36,055 nt of DNA from a virus. The stretch lies in the IMG/VR virus record IMGVR_UViG_3300045988_129084; one strand, 5' to 3'. Positions 1 through 9,945 of this stretch are shown here, piece after piece. The notes beneath the pieces are model-generated. The model worked only from the letters and a program-made list of their open reading frames with translations. It made no database searches and was not told the origin of the DNA. Made by a program: the position numbers and the translations under genes. How positions within the stretch are numbered: the first letter of the stretch is position 1; each line of letters opens with the position of its first letter.

Positions 1-119
1 ATTTTTTTCTTCGGCATGGAGAGGAAAATGCAGGCCGCTGTAAAAAAACAGGGCTTGACCGTCACCGCAGTAAGCGCAGCCGGGAAAGAATACGACAAGG
101 AAAACCCCGCAATAAAGGC
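1..119. repeat. Terminal overlap (copy 1), identical to 35937..36055
   Basis: Direct comparison: atttttttcttcggcatggagagg...ccccgcaataaaggc occurs at both window ends. Confidence 0.95.
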
Positions 120-225
120 CGCCGCCCTGTATAACCAGCGTATGCTTCACATCTTGCGCGAAATGGGGCTGACAACGGCAACTTGCAGGCCGCCAGAAAC
201 CGACGGAAGCGGCGACCTGGGATGA
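1..225 (+). CDS. terS: Terminase small subunit (P27-like), 3' part; the 5' part is 35838..36055 across the circular junction
   Basis: Frame 1 is open from base 1 and runs to TGA 223-225. It continues the ORF that starts at TTG 35838. The stop overlaps the terL start (ATGA). Position is between the HNH gene and terL. Confidence 0.8.
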   Translation: MFFFGMERKMQAAVKKQGLTVTAVSAAGKEYDKENPAIKAAALYNQRMLHILREMGLTTATCRPPETDGSGDLG

Positions 226-1883
226 ATCCAAGAATACAAGCCTATATTGACATTGTGGAAAGCGGCGAAATACCGATGTGCCGCGAACAGCTGCTGCTTA
301 TCAAGCGTGTAAAGGCTGCGTTTGAGAATGAGAAAATACACGTTGACGACGAACAGCTGGAACGTTATATGGGCCTGCAAAAATATTTTGAATACAAACT
401 TTTGCCATGGGAAGAATTTGTTTTTGCGCTGCATAACTGCACATACACCGAAAGCGGCGCACTGCGCTGGCCTATTCTGTTTATTGAGGTTGGACGCGGC
501 GCTGGAAAAAACGGCTACCTGGCCTATGAAGATTTTGCACTTGTCACCCCCATAAACGGGGTAAAGCATTACAACATTGACATTTTCGCCACGGCGGAAG
601 ACCAGGCCCGCGCGACCTTCGACGACATATACGAATTGCTGGACGGGAACAAGCCTTATTTTCAAAAATTCTTTACCTGGACAAAAGAAGAAATTGTCAA
701 TAAAGCAACCATGAGCCGGATAAAATACCACACCAGCGCCCCAAAGACAAAAGACGGCGGGCGGCCCGGCAAGGTAGATTTTGACGAACTGCACGCCTAC
801 GAAAATTCTAAGCTAATCGACGTTGCGGTGGGCGGCCTGGGCAAGCGACGCCTTCCCCGCCGCACGTTCATAACCACACAAGGCGACGTGCGCGACGGCC
901 CGCTGGACAAGTACACGGCCAGGGCTGAAAAAGTCCTTGAAGGCAACACCCCGGACAGCGGCTGGCTGTATTTTATATGCCGCCTGGACAGCGATGCGGA
1001 AATTATGCAGCCGGAAATGTGGGGCAAGGCAAACCCGTCTTTGTACGACCCAGCACGCACCGAACTGCTGGAAGAAATCAAACTTGAATTTGAGGAATAC
1101 AAGGAAGACCCGGCGGGGCACGGCGCTTTCGCAACCAAACGCATGAACCGCCCGCAGGGCGACAAGGAAGCCGAAGTCACCAGCTGGGAAAATATTCTTG
1201 CAGCTTCCCGGCCTATCCCGGAAGGAATCGGCCTGGAAACGCACCCGGCGGTTTGGGGCGTTGACTACGCCAGCACGCAGGACTTTGTTGCCGCTGGCGT
1301 GCTGTGGGAAATCCAGGGAACTTATTACTGGATAACGCACACATGGGTTTGCGCACAAAGCAAGACACTTTCGCGGATCCAGTTTCCGCTTGCCGAAGCC
1401 GAAGCGCGGGGAGAATTAACGATGGTAGACGCGCCAGAGATCGACCCGGAAACGCCAGTCAACTGGATAGTAGAACAAAGCGAAAAATACAATTTGTTGC
1501 TGGGCGGCATTGACCATTACCGCTATACCCTGCTGTCAAAAGCCTTCGCTTCGGCGGGATTCAGCACCGACAAGCGCACCGGCAACGTAAAGCTAACATA
1601 CACGCCGGAACAATCCCAGGTTGCGCCCATCATTACAAGCGCGTTTACAAGCCAACGCATTGTTTGGGGCGACAGTATGCTAATGCGCTGGTACACGAAC
1701 AACGCCTGCCGCCTTATCGACAAGCGCGGCAATATATCGTTTGGAAAGTATGAGCCTAAGAGCCGGAAAACGGACGGCTTTATGGCAATGGTTGCGGCCT
1801 TCGTGGCTGCCGTTATCAAGCAGGACGAAATGCAGGCGGCGGACTATTCTTCCGCCGACCTGCCGGACGTTTACACCTACTAA
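222..1883 (+). CDS. terL: Terminase large subunit (Terminase_1-type ATPase/nuclease)
   Basis: 553 aa from ATG 222 (ORF-track start 183 trimmed). Walker A-like VGRGAGKNG. Size and position are typical of TerL, and the start overlaps the terS stop. Confidence 0.9.
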   Translation: MNPRIQAYIDIVESGEIPMCREQLLLIKRVKAAFENEKIHVDDEQLERYMGLQKYFEYKLLPWEEFVFALHNCTYTESGALRWPILFIEVGRGAGKNGYLAYEDFALVTPINGVKHYNIDIFATAEDQARATFDDIYELLDGNKPYFQKFFTWTKEEIVNKATMSRIKYHTSAPKTKDGGRPGKVDFDELHAYENSKLIDVAVGGLGKRRLPRRTFITTQGDVRDGPLDKYTARAEKVLEGNTPDSGWLYFICRLDSDAEIMQPEMWGKANPSLYDPARTELLEEIKLEFEEYKEDPAGHGAFATKRMNRPQGDKEAEVTSWENILAASRPIPEGIGLETHPAVWGVDYASTQDFVAAGVLWEIQGTYYWITHTWVCAQSKTLSRIQFPLAEAEARGELTMVDAPEIDPETPVNWIVEQSEKYNLLLGGIDHYRYTLLSKAFASAGFSTDKRTGNVKLTYTPEQSQVAPIITSAFTSQRIVWGDSMLMRWYTNNACRLIDKRGNISFGKYEPKSRKTDGFMAMVAAFVAAVIKQDEMQAADYSSADLPDVYTY

Positions 1884-1906
1884 GCCAACGGAAAGGGGGT
1901 GAAATA

Positions 1907-3070
1907 TTGAAATTTGCAAACTTTGTAAGCAGTTTGCTGGACCTGGCCCCGCGCGACGCTTCGGGAAACATCGTCCTGCAAGGTGCAACCGCAGAGCAGC
2001 GGTTGAATGTCGAAGAACTGGCTATTTTTTCGACCATTGACCTGATTGCTTCGGCAGCTTCCTTGTGCGAGTGGCGCACCTACCAGGCCGGAGAGCGTAA
2101 GAAGGGCGAAGACTGGTACAGCTTCAACGTGGAGCCGAACCAAAACCAAAACGCTGCGGAATTCAAGCGCCTGCTTGTGGCCCGCCTGCTGCGCTTCAAC
2201 GAAGCGCTGGTTTTCGAGCGCGGCGGCGCGCTGTACCTGGCCGACAGCTTCACACGAACCGAGTACGCCTTCCGCCCGTGCGTGTATACCGGCGTTACCT
2301 GCAACAATTTAACGCTTTCCTACACGCTTACGGAGCCGGACGTGTTTTATTTCCGGCTGGCAAACCAGGACGCTGCCGCACTGCTGGCGAACCTGCGCGG
2401 CCTGTACAGCGAAGCAATGAAGGAAGCACTGGACAAGTACAAGAAGTCGGGCGGGCGCAGCGGTATACTGGAAATTTCCGGCCAGGCCCGTGGCAAAAAG
2501 ACGTTTGAAACCGATCTGGACAAGCTGATGAACGAGCGATTCAAAACGTTTTTCGAGAACAAGAACGCCGTGCTTCCCCTGCTTGATGGCTTCCACTACG
2601 TCCCGCAGGACGGAGCAGCCACGCAGAAGGGCGCAAACGAAATAAGCGACTTGGACAGCCTTATCAAACAGGCCCAAGACCGCGCCTGCAACGTCTATCA
2701 CGTCGCACCCAGCCTGCTGCGCGGCGAAGTCACAAACATTGACGAAGCTATCCGCAGCACGCTGTCCTTCGGCGTAAAGCCGCCGCTGCGGCTGATTGAA
2801 ACCGAAATCAACCGAAAAGCCTACGGCAAGGACGTGCTGAACGGCTGGAAGATGATGGTTGACACTACGCACATTCGCCTTGTGGACGTTTTCGACGCGG
2901 CGGCGCAGGCCGACAAGCTGGTGCAGGACGCGCTTTATAGCGTCAACGAACTGCGCGAAAAGTTTGAAGACGACCCGATCCCCGAAAGGTGGGCAAGCGA
3001 ATACAACCGCACCAAAAATATGGAAAAAGTACAGCCGCAGGCTGCGGCACCGAAAGGAGGTGAGAAGTAA
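1907..3070 (+). CDS. Portal protein, HK97 family
   Basis: 387 aa, TTG start preceded by RBS GAAAGGGGG. It immediately follows terL and precedes the prohead protease. Sequence resembles HK97-family portals. Confidence 0.85.
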   Translation: MKFANFVSSLLDLAPRDASGNIVLQGATAEQRLNVEELAIFSTIDLIASAASLCEWRTYQAGERKKGEDWYSFNVEPNQNQNAAEFKRLLVARLLRFNEALVFERGGALYLADSFTRTEYAFRPCVYTGVTCNNLTLSYTLTEPDVFYFRLANQDAAALLANLRGLYSEAMKEALDKYKKSGGRSGILEISGQARGKKTFETDLDKLMNERFKTFFENKNAVLPLLDGFHYVPQDGAATQKGANEISDLDSLIKQAQDRACNVYHVAPSLLRGEVTNIDEAIRSTLSFGVKPPLRLIETEINRKAYGKDVLNGWKMMVDTTHIRLVDVFDAAAQADKLVQDALYSVNELREKFEDDPIPERWASEYNRTKNMEKVQPQAAAPKGGEK

Positions 3071-3073
3071 AAA

Positions 3074-3889
3074 ATGAGAATCGGAATGGAAGCAGTTATG
3101 CAGGCCGGAACGACTGGGAAGGCGTTCAATTTTTGGCTGGTGGACACTATCGCCCCCGACCAAAAAACGCGGAACTGGTACACCGGCGAGGAAACCACCG
3201 TGGAGAGCAAGACAAGCCAGCGCTACTTCGTCGATAACCTGAACGGCGCGGCGGCTGGCGACACCGTGAACCTGTATATCAACAGTGTGGGCGGAAGCGT
3301 AAAGGAAGCGCTGGGAATTTACAGCACCCTGCGCCGCTGCCCCGCCACTGTAGTGGCATACATTGACGGATACGCCGCTTCTGCGGCTTCTGTCATTGCT
3401 ATGGCGGCGGACAAAATTATCATGCCGCGCAATACTTGCATGATGGTACACAACGCCGCCGGTCCGGCCTACGGCAACGCAACACAGCTGCGCAAGGCTG
3501 CCGACGACATGGAAGTTATCAACCTGGCGGCAATTCAATCCTACATGAACAAGGCGGGCGACAAGCTGCCCGCCGACAAACTGGCAGAACTGCTGAACGC
3601 GGAAACCTGGCTGACTGCCGAAGACTGCATAGAGTACGGCCTGGCCGACGAATACGCCGACACGGACGCAGACCTTGACGAAGCAATTCGGCAATACCGC
3701 GCCGCGATGGAAGCCGCCCCGCAAATGCAGCTTGAAAAGGCAATGCCCAGTTTCATGCCTGCCGCAAAAGCCCCCGAAACCGCCCCGCCGCCCCCGGCGG
3801 AACCTTCCCACGCTTCCCCGGCGGAAGCCGCCGAAGGGAAAAAGACCAGCGCAATTTTTATGCTGCTGGAATCCATGACAAAGGAGTAA
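3074..3889 (+). CDS. Prohead (head maturation) serine protease, ClpP/S14-like
   Basis: 271 aa with RBS AAAGGAGG. ClpP-like core INSVGGSV...YIDGYAASAASVIAMAADKIIMPRNTCMMVHNA. The Pro/Ala-rich C-terminal tail may be scaffold-like. Confidence 0.88.
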   Translation: MRIGMEAVMQAGTTGKAFNFWLVDTIAPDQKTRNWYTGEETTVESKTSQRYFVDNLNGAAAGDTVNLYINSVGGSVKEALGIYSTLRRCPATVVAYIDGYAASAASVIAMAADKIIMPRNTCMMVHNAAGPAYGNATQLRKAADDMEVINLAAIQSYMNKAGDKLPADKLAELLNAETWLTAEDCIEYGLADEYADTDADLDEAIRQYRAAMEAAPQMQLEKAMPSFMPAAKAPETAPPPPAEPSHASPAEAAEGKKTSAIFMLLESMTKE

Positions 3890-3896
3890 AACAACA

Positions 3897-5117
3897 ATGA
3901 GAAGCAAAGATCTTATCGCAAACGCCAAGAAGGCGAACGCTGCGACGCTGGCCGCCGCCTTCCAGACCGGCGACGAAACCAAAATGACCGAGGCCCTGGC
4001 GACCTTCTGCGGCGACATCGAGGAAGCCGTTCTGCAGCAGGCCCAGCAGGAAGCCGACGAACGCAACCAGGACACTGCCATCATGGCCGCCCGTGGCGTT
4101 CATGTGCTTACCAGCGCGGAAATGAACTATTACACCGAACTGGGCAAGTGCGTCAAGTCGGGCGATCCCAAGATGGCCATTACCAACTTCAAGGTTGCCA
4201 TGCCCGAAACTGTGATCGACGGCGTTATCGGCACCATCAAGAAGGAACACCCCCTGTTGGACCGTATCAGCTTCGTGAACACCAGCTACCTGACCCGCTT
4301 CGTCGTCAATGCCGCCCCCGCTTCCGCTGCGACCTGGGGCAACATCACCGACAAGATCTCCAAGGAACTGACCGGCGCGCTGAAAGACTTCAACATGACC
4401 CTGCTGAAGTTGTCCGTGTTTATGTGTATCAGCCAGGACCTTGTTGATCTGGGGCCGCAGTACCTTGACCAGTACGTCCGCGAGAGCCTGTCGGAAAGCA
4501 TCGCAATGGCCCTGGAAAGCGCCATTGTGGACGGCGACGGCAACGGAAAGCCCATCGGCATGACCCGCGATATTTCCGACACCGCCAGCGTCGTGGGCGG
4601 CGCTTACCCGCGTATGACCGCCGTAAAGCTGGAAAAGCTGGACCCCGCGCCCCTGGGCAACATCGTGGCGAAGCTGGCCCGCGACCCCGTGGACGCTACC
4701 AAGGCCCGCGCCATCGACCCCGGCGACCTGATCTTCCTGTGCAACCCGTTTGACTACTGGCAGAAGATTATGCCCGCCACTTCCTTCCGCCGTCCCGACG
4801 GCACCTGGGCGCACGACATTCTGCCCATTCCCGCAGAGACTATGCAGACCGCCGCCCTGGAAAGCGGCAAGGCCGTGCTGGGCATTGCGTCCCGCTACTT
4901 CGCGGGCCTGGGCGCAACCGGCAAGGACGGCACCATCGTGCAGGACGACAGCGTGCGCTTTTTCGAGGACGAGCGCGCCTACAAAGCAAAGTTGCAGGGC
5001 AACGCCCGCCCCTTGGACGCTTACGCCTTCGTCCTGCTGGACATTTCCGCCCTTGACACCAACCCCGCCACGCTGGTGCAGGTTGTCGCCCCTGTCGTCA
5101 CCAAAGCAGAAAGCTGA
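3897..5117 (+). CDS. Major capsid protein, HK97 family
   Basis: 406 aa with RBS AAAGGAG. It follows the protease, has a helical N-terminal delta-like region, and its size is typical of this family. Confidence 0.85.
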   Translation: MRSKDLIANAKKANAATLAAAFQTGDETKMTEALATFCGDIEEAVLQQAQQEADERNQDTAIMAARGVHVLTSAEMNYYTELGKCVKSGDPKMAITNFKVAMPETVIDGVIGTIKKEHPLLDRISFVNTSYLTRFVVNAAPASAATWGNITDKISKELTGALKDFNMTLLKLSVFMCISQDLVDLGPQYLDQYVRESLSESIAMALESAIVDGDGNGKPIGMTRDISDTASVVGGAYPRMTAVKLEKLDPAPLGNIVAKLARDPVDATKARAIDPGDLIFLCNPFDYWQKIMPATSFRRPDGTWAHDILPIPAETMQTAALESGKAVLGIASRYFAGLGATGKDGTIVQDDSVRFFEDERAYKAKLQGNARPLDAYAFVLLDISALDTNPATLVQVVAPVVTKAES

Positions 5118-5135
5118 TAACGCGGAGGGCCTACC

Positions 5136-5453
5136 ATGAACGAAACAGCGGAGACCGCAGCGCAGGTAAGCGACCAGCTGTACCAGGCTGTACTTAACCG
5201 CATGAACATAACGTGGGAGCCTGACGAAAAAACCGAACGCAACACAAAAAACGCCATAGAAGAAGCCCTGGACTACCTGCGAGATACTGCCGGAAGCCCA
5301 GGGCTTTCGTTTGAAAGCGGGGAACTTCGCCAGCTGCTTATAACGGCGGCCTGGTACTTTGTGAATAGCAAACGCGCCGACTTCATCGAAGAATACAGCG
5401 GCGAATTAAATATGCTTCGGTTTCGGGAGGGCTTCGGCTGTGGCAAAGAATAA
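5136..5453 (+). CDS. Head-tail connector protein (gp6-like)
   Basis: 105 aa, first gene after the capsid gene. Resembles gp6-like head-tail connector proteins. Confidence 0.65.
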   Translation: MNETAETAAQVSDQLYQAVLNRMNITWEPDEKTERNTKNAIEEALDYLRDTAGSPGLSFESGELRQLLITAAWYFVNSKRADFIEEYSGELNMLRFREGFGCGKE

Positions 5454-5805
5454 AATCAAATTTGAAACTTTTCTTGACGGGCTTTGCAGTGTGTGGCGGC
5501 TGGACGACAAACAGCGGCCTGTACCGGTAATCAAAAATATGCGCTTCCAAGACCGCATTATCGGCACCCGGCGGAACTACGAAGCGGAACAGGCGGGCCA
5601 CAAGGTTGAACGTCTTATCCGCATACCGCGCGCCGACCAGGTGGAACGCGGCGCTTTTGTAGTTATCAGCGGAAAACAGTACGGCATTGCGCAAACGCAG
5701 ATCATCAAGGACACGCTGCCCGAATGTACGGACTTGACCCTGGAGCAGCCGGAACTTCTGCTCGACTTCGACGACACGGAGGTGGGCGGCGGTGGCCGAT
5801 TTTGA
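5440..5805 (+). CDS. Head closure / head-tail adaptor protein
   Basis: 121 aa, GTG start with RBS GGGAGG, overlaps the preceding stop. Position and size fit a head-closure protein. Confidence 0.6.
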   Translation: MAKNKIKFETFLDGLCSVWRLDDKQRPVPVIKNMRFQDRIIGTRRNYEAEQAGHKVERLIRIPRADQVERGAFVVISGKQYGIAQTQIIKDTLPECTDLTLEQPELLLDFDDTEVGGGGRF

Positions 5806-6154
5806 TTTTTCGGCGGCACTTACCGCGACGCTAAGGACATACGCCAACGGCGTGGCCGAAGCCGTGGACGAAGCTGCCGAGAAGTGCGCAAAGGGACTTG
5901 CCAAGGAACTGCGCGGCACCGCCCCGAAGCGGACGGGCGCATACGCAAAAGACTGGACTTCCAAGCAGACGGGCGCGAACGCACGCGGCGCGAAGACGTA
6001 CACCGTGTACAACAAAGCCCATTACCAGCTTACACACCTTTTGCAGAATGGCCATAAAGGCCCTGCCCCTGCCCCGGCCTACCCGCACATTGACCGCCCG
6101 GCGGAAAAGTGGCAGCAAGAATTCGTTACCGAGTGCGAGGAAGCGACCAAATGA
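5792..6154 (+). CDS. HK97 gp10-family tail-joining protein
   Basis: 120 aa, GTG start with RBS GGAGGTGG. The motif region ...GTAPKRTGAYAKDW...YTVYNKAHYQLTHLLQNGH resembles the HK97 gp10 family. Confidence 0.7.
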   Translation: MADFDFSAALTATLRTYANGVAEAVDEAAEKCAKGLAKELRGTAPKRTGAYAKDWTSKQTGANARGAKTYTVYNKAHYQLTHLLQNGHKGPAPAPAYPHIDRPAEKWQQEFVTECEEATK

Positions 6155-6480
6155 AAAGAAGCACCATACTTGCCCGGCTTGCTGAAACCGGGATCCGGCA
6201 GGAAGCGGAAAAGGTTGTGCCAGCGAACGGCGCACCTGTGCCGCTTCCCTATCACGTTGTCCGCGCGGACGAAGTGGAAGACGGCGACGACCTGGGCCGC
6301 GTGAGAATTAAAACGCTTACCTGGGCCGTTGCCCTTTTTACAAAAAACAAAGACTTTGCACTTGAATGCAAAATCCTGGCCGCCCTGCAAGGCTGCGGCC
6401 CCGTGAACGTAGACCACTTCCCCGACGGCACCCCCTATCAAACACTTTTTTCATTCACGACAAGAGAGGTACACACATGA
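6151..6480 (+). CDS. Tail completion / tail terminator-like protein
   Basis: 109 aa from ATG 6151 (ATGA overlap with the upstream stop; track start 6109 trimmed). It lies just upstream of the major tail gene. Confidence 0.55.
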   Translation: MKRSTILARLAETGIRQEAEKVVPANGAPVPLPYHVVRADEVEDGDDLGRVRIKTLTWAVALFTKNKDFALECKILAALQGCGPVNVDHFPDGTPYQTLFSFTTREVHT

Positions 6481-7046
6481 AAGAGATCGACAACAGCGAA
6501 AATATTATCCTGGGCAGCGGCGACCTGTATATCGTCGAGTTTAACGACGCTGTGCCCGAAGACGCAACCATCGAGATCGACGACAACCGCGCGGGCAACA
6601 TCAAGGGCGGCGCAACGCTGGAATACACAGCGACCAGCCAGACCGTGAAGGACGACAAGGGCCGCGTTTCTAAAACCATCGTCACCGAGGAAGACGTGAA
6701 ACTCAAAACCGGCCTTATCACCTGGTCCCCCGCCTACCTGCAGGCGCTTATCGAAACCGCCCGCGTGACCGAGACCGGGAAAAGCGGCCAGCACAAGCAC
6801 CGCACTTACAAGCTGGGCGGCCTTGCCAACAAGACCGGCAAGCGCTACCTGTACCGCTTCGTTCACACCCGCGACGACGGGCGCAAGCTGCGCATTACCG
6901 TAACGGGCAAGAACAGCGGCACCATCAGCATTGCCTTCCAGAATGACAACCCCACGCAGGTGGACGCAGAGGTGACCGCGCAGAGCCTGGACAGCGACGG
7001 CACCCTGGTTATCATGGACGACGAACTGACCGAGAACGCAACCTAA
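6477..7046 (+). CDS. Major tail protein
   Basis: 189 aa from ATG 6477 (ATGA overlap; track start 6366 trimmed). Position is before the chaperone pair and the tape measure. Confidence 0.75.
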   Translation: MKEIDNSENIILGSGDLYIVEFNDAVPEDATIEIDDNRAGNIKGGATLEYTATSQTVKDDKGRVSKTIVTEEDVKLKTGLITWSPAYLQALIETARVTETGKSGQHKHRTYKLGGLANKTGKRYLYRFVHTRDDGRKLRITVTGKNSGTISIAFQNDNPTQVDAEVTAQSLDSDGTLVIMDDELTENAT

Positions 7047-7064
7047 CGGAGAGGGGGCAAAAGT

Positions 7065-7367
7065 ATGTTTGTGCTTTCGGGCGTAAAAAAGCGCTACTAT
7101 GAATTCCAGGCACCCGACAACAAGCAGGTGCTTCACATTGAGCCGCCGAAGCTGAAAACCCTTAACCGCATGAATGACCTGTCCCGCCCGGATTCTACGC
7201 CGAAGGAAGCGGCGGAAGTCGTGGCCCGCGTTATCGCCAAAAACAAGGAACACCGCAAAATTACTGCGGACACGGTTATGGAGTGGATGGACATGGACCA
7301 GCTGGCCGGTTTCGTTCTGGATTTTGTCAGCTGGCTTTCTAACGAAAAGAAGAACGACCCAAACTAA
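7065..7367 (+). CDS. Tail assembly chaperone (G-like)
   Basis: 100 aa with RBS GAGAGGGGG. It sits between the major tail and tape measure genes. The 3' end contains the GAAAAG slip motif. Confidence 0.7.
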   Translation: MFVLSGVKKRYYEFQAPDNKQVLHIEPPKLKTLNRMNDLSRPDSTPKEAAEVVARVIAKNKEHRKITADTVMEWMDMDQLAGFVLDFVSWLSNEKKNDPN

Positions 7368-7402
7368 CGCCCCCCTCTTACCCAGAAACGGACGGAGAGG
7401 GG

Positions 7403-7642
7403 GTGCCGTTTGCGCTGTGCAGCGCAAGCGAAAAGCTGGTTTCCGAATACGCGGGCATTCCTCTGCCTGCCGTCTATGACCTGGACATTATTACATTCTG
7501 GGCGCTTCTGCGCGATGGTGTGATATACAACCGGGCGCAGACGGAAACGGGCAGGAAATGGCTGCGCAATGCGTGGAGAATCACACAGACGGAGCCGGAG
7601 ACCGAAAAACTGAAAGCAAAATACGGAGAAAGGGGGAATTGA
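7403..7642 (+). CDS. Tail assembly chaperone, T-like part (possibly made as a -1 frameshift fusion with 7065..7367)
   Basis: It is in the -1 frame relative to 7065..7367. That frame is open from 7343, overlapping the upstream gene's last 22 nt. It also has its own GTG 7403 with RBS GGAGAGGGGG. Confidence 0.6.
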   Translation: MPFALCSASEKLVSEYAGIPLPAVYDLDIITFWALLRDGVIYNRAQTETGRKWLRNAWRITQTEPETEKLKAKYGERGN

Positions 7643-7644
7643 CG

Positions 7645-9945
7645 ATGGCGGCCAAAACATTAAAAGGCATTACCGTTGAAATCAACGGCAAAACAACCGG
7701 CCTTGCAAACGCCTTAAAGGACGTTACAAAGACTTCCACGGCCCTGTCCAGCAACTTGAAGGAAATCAACAAGGCGCTGAAACTGGATCCCGGAAACACC
7801 GAACTGCTGAACGAAAAGCAGAAAATTCTTTCCGAAAGCGTAGCCGCCGCGCGCAAGGAATTGGAAACCCTGGAAGGCGTACAGAAACAGGTTTCGGACC
7901 AGTACGCCAACGGCGACATTGACCGGGGCGCGTGGCTGGAATATCAAAACAAACTGCAAAAAGCCAAGCAGCACCTTGAAGACCTGGAAAAAGCGCAGAA
8001 AGACTTCGGCACCGCCGCCGCCCAGGCCATAAAGGAAGCCGGCGCGAAAATCGAGGAATACGGCGGCAAGGTAGAGGGAGTCGGGAAAAAGCTCATGCCC
8101 GTTTCCGGCGTGGCCGCAGCGACGGGCACAGCGCTTACAAAAATGGCCTGGGACTTTGAAGACGGGATGGCCAAAGTTTCGACCATTGCAGACACCACGG
8201 AAGTGCCTATTTCCGACCTTGAAAAGCAAATCAAGCAGTTGTCCGACAGCACCGGCGTGGAAGCCGGAGAAATTGCGGAGAACGTATACAACGCAATCAG
8301 CGCCGGGCAAAAGACCGGCGACGCTGTAAACTTTGTATCGAAGGCAACAGACCTTGCGAGGGCCGGCTTTGCAGAGACAGGCGACGCGCTGGACGTTCTG
8401 TCCACGATTATGAACGCCTACGGGCTGGAAGCATCGGAAGTCGACAAGGTTTCTAACGACCTTATCATGACGCAAAACCTGGGCAAAACCACGGTTGCCG
8501 AACTTTCCAGCAGCATGGGGAAGGTTATCCCGACAGCGAAAAGCACAGGCGTAAACCTGGACGAATTGTGCGGAGCCTATGCGGTAATGACTTCTAACGG
8601 CGTTGCTACCGCTGAAACCACAACATACTTGAACAGTATGCTTAACGAATTGGGGAAGCAAGGCTCTACTGCGGCGAATGCGTTTGCGGCAGGAACGGAA
8701 CACATCAAAGAAGGCGGCCTGACAATGGCCGAAGCGATGGAACAGGGCTGGTCTTTGTTCGACGTTCTAAGCGTTCTTGATGAACAGGCCGCCGCAAGCG
8801 GCACAAGCATAAACAATATGTTTTCCAGTGCCGAAGCCGGAAAAGCCGCGAACATTTTGTGGGACAATGCCGAAAAATTCAACGGCGCAGTTGAAGAAAT
8901 TCAAGGGAGCACAACGGCCACAAGCGACGCGCTGGGAAACCTGGAAACCAGCGGCCACAAAACCGAGGTTGCAATAAACCAAATCAAAAACGCGGGGCTT
9001 GAATTCGGGCAAACAATCAGCGCAATGCTGGCCCCCGCCCTTCAAAAGCTGGCCGAATATATCCGAAACGCGAAGGAAAAGCTGGACGGAATGGACGACG
9101 GCCAAAAGCAAGCCATTGTTACCATTGGCCTGATTGTGGCTGCAATCGGTCCGGCCCTTGTGATTATCGGCAAGGTAATTACAGCCGTGGGAACCATTAC
9201 CACGGGCGTGGGCAGCCTTGTGGGCTTTGTGGGCGGCACGGTTGTGCCACTTATTACAGGCACCGTAATGCCCGCGCTGTCGGGCCTGTGGGCGCTTATG
9301 CTGGCAAATCCTATATCTATTGTTATTGCAGCTATTGCGGCCATTGTGGCCGCGTTTGTGCTGCTGTGGAACAAGTGCGAAGGTTTCCGCAATTTTTGGA
9401 TTAACCTTTTTTCTTCTGTCAAAAGCACGGTTGTGGACGCGAAAAACAACGTTCTTTCCACCTTCGACGGAATCAAAAACGGAATTTCGAGCCGCATTGA
9501 GGGCGCGAAAAACAGCGTACACAATGCCATTGAAAACATTAAAGGCTTTTTCAATTTTAGCTGGTCCTTGCCGCACCTGCAACTTCCGCACCCGTATATT
9601 TCCGGGCGCTTTTCCCTAAACCCGCCCAGTGTGCCCAGCTTCGGTATTAACTGGTACAAAGAAGGCGGCATTTTGTCCGGCGCGCAGATTTTCGGGCAGA
9701 TGGGGGGCAATCTTTTGGGCGGTGGCGAAGCGGGCCAGGAAGCCGTTCTGCCGTTGTCCGATTTTTACAGCCATCTGGACGGGATTCTGTCGCGGTACAT
9801 GAACAACACGGCCAGCGGCCTGGTTATCCAGCTGAACATTGAACGCTTCGAGAACGGCGGATCCGAAGACATTAAGGAAATCGCCCGCCGCGTGGGCATT
9901 GAGGTGCGCCGCGAAGTGGAAAAGAAACGGGGGGCTTTTGAGTGA
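7645..9945 (+). CDS. Tail tape measure protein
   Basis: 766 aa from ATG 7645 (track start 7558 trimmed). Coiled-coil N-terminus, a TP901-type TMP core, and a hydrophobic Gly/Ala/Ile/Val segment. It is the longest gene after the chaperones. Confidence 0.9.
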   Translation: MAAKTLKGITVEINGKTTGLANALKDVTKTSTALSSNLKEINKALKLDPGNTELLNEKQKILSESVAAARKELETLEGVQKQVSDQYANGDIDRGAWLEYQNKLQKAKQHLEDLEKAQKDFGTAAAQAIKEAGAKIEEYGGKVEGVGKKLMPVSGVAAATGTALTKMAWDFEDGMAKVSTIADTTEVPISDLEKQIKQLSDSTGVEAGEIAENVYNAISAGQKTGDAVNFVSKATDLARAGFAETGDALDVLSTIMNAYGLEASEVDKVSNDLIMTQNLGKTTVAELSSSMGKVIPTAKSTGVNLDELCGAYAVMTSNGVATAETTTYLNSMLNELGKQGSTAANAFAAGTEHIKEGGLTMAEAMEQGWSLFDVLSVLDEQAAASGTSINNMFSSAEAGKAANILWDNAEKFNGAVEEIQGSTTATSDALGNLETSGHKTEVAINQIKNAGLEFGQTISAMLAPALQKLAEYIRNAKEKLDGMDDGQKQAIVTIGLIVAAIGPALVIIGKVITAVGTITTGVGSLVGFVGGTVVPLITGTVMPALSGLWALMLANPISIVIAAIAAIVAAFVLLWNKCEGFRNFWINLFSSVKSTVVDAKNNVLSTFDGIKNGISSRIEGAKNSVHNAIENIKGFFNFSWSLPHLQLPHPYISGRFSLNPPSVPSFGINWYKEGGILSGAQIFGQMGGNLLGGGEAGQEAVLPLSDFYSHLDGILSRYMNNTASGLVIQLNIERFENGGSEDIKEIARRVGIEVRREVEKKRGAFE

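Noticed and set aside
2309-4084. Very long minus-strand ORFs opposite structural genes: 2309-4084 (591 aa), 11918-13942 (674 aa), 14885-16687 (600 aa), 17117-18667 (516 aa), 33526-34995 (489 aa) and many shorter ones.
   Set aside because: Each lies antisense to a + strand gene with recognisable phage-family motifs. Their translations are Arg/Gly/Ala/Cys/Val-rich low-complexity strings, as expected for stop-poor antisense frames in GC-rich DNA. None has a credible RBS or fits the operon layout.
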